Source of the DNA: an uncultured Sorangium sp.
Lineage (GTDB): Bacteria > Myxococcota_A > Polyangia > Polyangiales > Polyangiaceae
Length of the DNA: 58,050 nucleotides
Assembly: GCA_964475255.1 (NCBI GenBank)
Contig: CAYYWA010000003.1
Span: 1 to 58,050 of the forward strand
Reading direction: 5' to 3'
Under the pieces are notes generated by a model that ran no database searches, was not told where the DNA came from, and was given only the letters and a program-made list of their open reading frames with translations. Shown one piece after another: positions 56,907 through 58,050 of the stretch; positions within the stretch are counted from its first letter, which is position 1, and each line of letters opens with the position of its first letter. Position numbers and translations under genes: made by a program.

Positions 56907-57149
56907 TCAATATACGACGCCGGGGCGGTCGTCGTCTATCAGGTCGAGGATCTGCCAGTAGCCGAGGCGTTCCCCGACGCGGAGCGTGATCGCCAGCGAG
57001 GGCGGGATCGTTTGCTCGCGATCGGCCTCGCGCACCGCGTGCGCCATCCAGCGCCGGACGCGGGCGAGCGCCCGAGGCGGCACGACGAACTCGCCATCAC
57101 GGATGCGGATCTCGTCGCCGAGGCGCGTTGTCAGGTGTCCGTTCAGCAT
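56907..57149 (-). CDS. Small protein coupled to MuF (candidate immunity protein)
   Basis: TGATG overlap with the MuF stop; 80 aa. Confidence 0.6.
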   Translation of the reverse strand: MLNGHLTTRLGDEIRIRDGEFVVPPRALARVRRWMAHAVREADREQTIPPSLAITLRVGERLGYWQILDLIDDDRPGVVY

Positions 57150-57935
57150 CACTCCTCCCATCGCCACGCGCGCAGCACGGCCTCAAAGAGCTCGTCGTCG
57201 TCTGTGTGGCCCGTGGCGCCGACGATGTCCTCGATCGCCATCGACGATACCTCCGTCGCGTATCGCTGCCCGCGCTGTGACCCGGTCCGGAAACGATACG
57301 TCTTGCCGTAATACGGATTGGCGAAGTCGTCGGGGTCGGCGATCTCGTCTGCGTCGTAGTTCAGGCCCGTGATGTCGCGGAGCCGCTGCTCGCCCTTGCC
57401 GCGCCGGGCGAGGCGGTCGTCGAGGTAGGACTGCACGCGCGTATGTAGCGTGCCGCCCCGGGTGCGCGAGATGTCCTCGATCACGTGCATGAACTCATGA
57501 GCGATGGTGGAGGGCGACTCCACAGGCGAGATGTGGATATCCGTGCCGAGTGCGTAGGCGCGTCCCTTTTTGTCCACGTTCACGTAGACCCAGACCTTAT
57601 CTTGGACGCCGAGGGCGCGCTTGTCGATGAGCTTCGCGACGTCGGAGATCACCTTCGTCACGTACTTGCGGTGCGTGGCCTTGAGCTCGCGCGCCTCGTC
57701 CACGAACATCACGCCGACGTCGATCGGCTGCTCGGCATGAAACGACTTGAGGAGCGTCTGCCGCTTCGGGCGATTCCATTTCTTCAGCGAGCTTCGGGCA
57801 TCGTTGACGGAGGCTTTTGCCGCGCCCGTCACGTAGCCATTCGCCGATGCGCCCTTCCAGAGATACCGATCGTTCCGCATCAGTTGCCCCGCGAGGCTCG
57901 ACATGACCTTCCGGCGCCGGTCGAGCGCGGCCTTT
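57149..57935 (-). CDS. C-terminal extension of MuF with HExxH metallopeptidase motif
   Basis: TIAHEFMHVIE...YYGK.Y...TEVSSM; in frame with 917..1. Confidence 0.8.
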
Positions 57936-58050
57936 GCGGAGAGGCGTGGCTTCGCGCTCGGGATCTTGGCGTCCTCGACGGGCAGCGGGAGCACGACGCC
58001 CTCGGGCGTGTCGGGCGGGCTCGCGGGCCTCGGCGAGCCGGGCTGGCCGG
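57936..58050. repeat. Terminal overlap (right copy)
   Basis: Matches 1-115 with 5 mismatches. Confidence 0.95.

Noticed and set aside
57936-58050. Five mismatches between the terminal copies as a DGR template/variable repeat pair or true terminal repeats
   Set aside because: Changes are not adenine-specific on one strand, no reverse transcriptase is present, and they cluster toward the contig end like read-end errors; the MuF frame crosses the junction
1-58050. Alternative genetic code (TGA recoding)
   Set aside because: Most genes end in TGA with ATGA/GTGA overlaps and core genes are intact in code 11; only one in-frame TGA was seen
1-58050. CRISPR array built from the palindromes or promoter boxes
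   Set aside because: Copies are kilobases apart with no repeat-spacer periodicity and no cas genes
1-58050. Frequent GCGATCGC/CGATCG as cyanobacterial HIP1
   Set aside because: Readily explained by GCG ATC GC codon usage at high GC; no cyanophage genes seen

Overview
Apparently complete, circularised genome (~57,935 bp; bases 1-115 repeat 57936-58050) of a GC-rich (roughly 68-70% by eye) siphovirus-type tailed phage. Every credible protein-coding gene is on the minus strand. In transcription order: MuF head protein with an HExxH C-terminal extension (spans the junction), scaffold, P22-like major capsid, head-tail/neck genes, a glycosyltransferase, tail tube, tail chaperones with a GGGAAAG -1 frameshift, tape measure, tail tip/fibre genes, lysis genes, large accessory virion enzymes (GH-like, G8/beta-helix, M14 peptidase), early genes behind repeated promoter-hairpin cassettes (including GATase-II and amidoligase), recombination and replication (SSAP, PD-(D/E)XK nuclease, initiator, DnaB), adenine MTase, LmbU-like regulator, TerS/TerL, a 10-kb nin-like accessory block, portal and RuvC. 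I saw no integrase, CRISPR array or rRNA. The standout is a ParB-N + Mom-like GNAT gene pair followed 7 nt later by a 71-nt non-canonical tRNA-Gly(UCC)-like RNA with encoded CCA, a candidate dedicated glycyl donor for DNA adenine hypermodification. Also notable: at least 15 dispersed GCGCGTCA(G)ACGCGC palindromes, four promoter + AUGR-loop hairpin cassettes, a plus-strand antisense RNA over the initiator RBS, a 185-nt structured intergenic RNA, and apparent absence of CCWGG, CTCGAG and GCCGGC. All calls come from motif recognition by eye; no searches were run.
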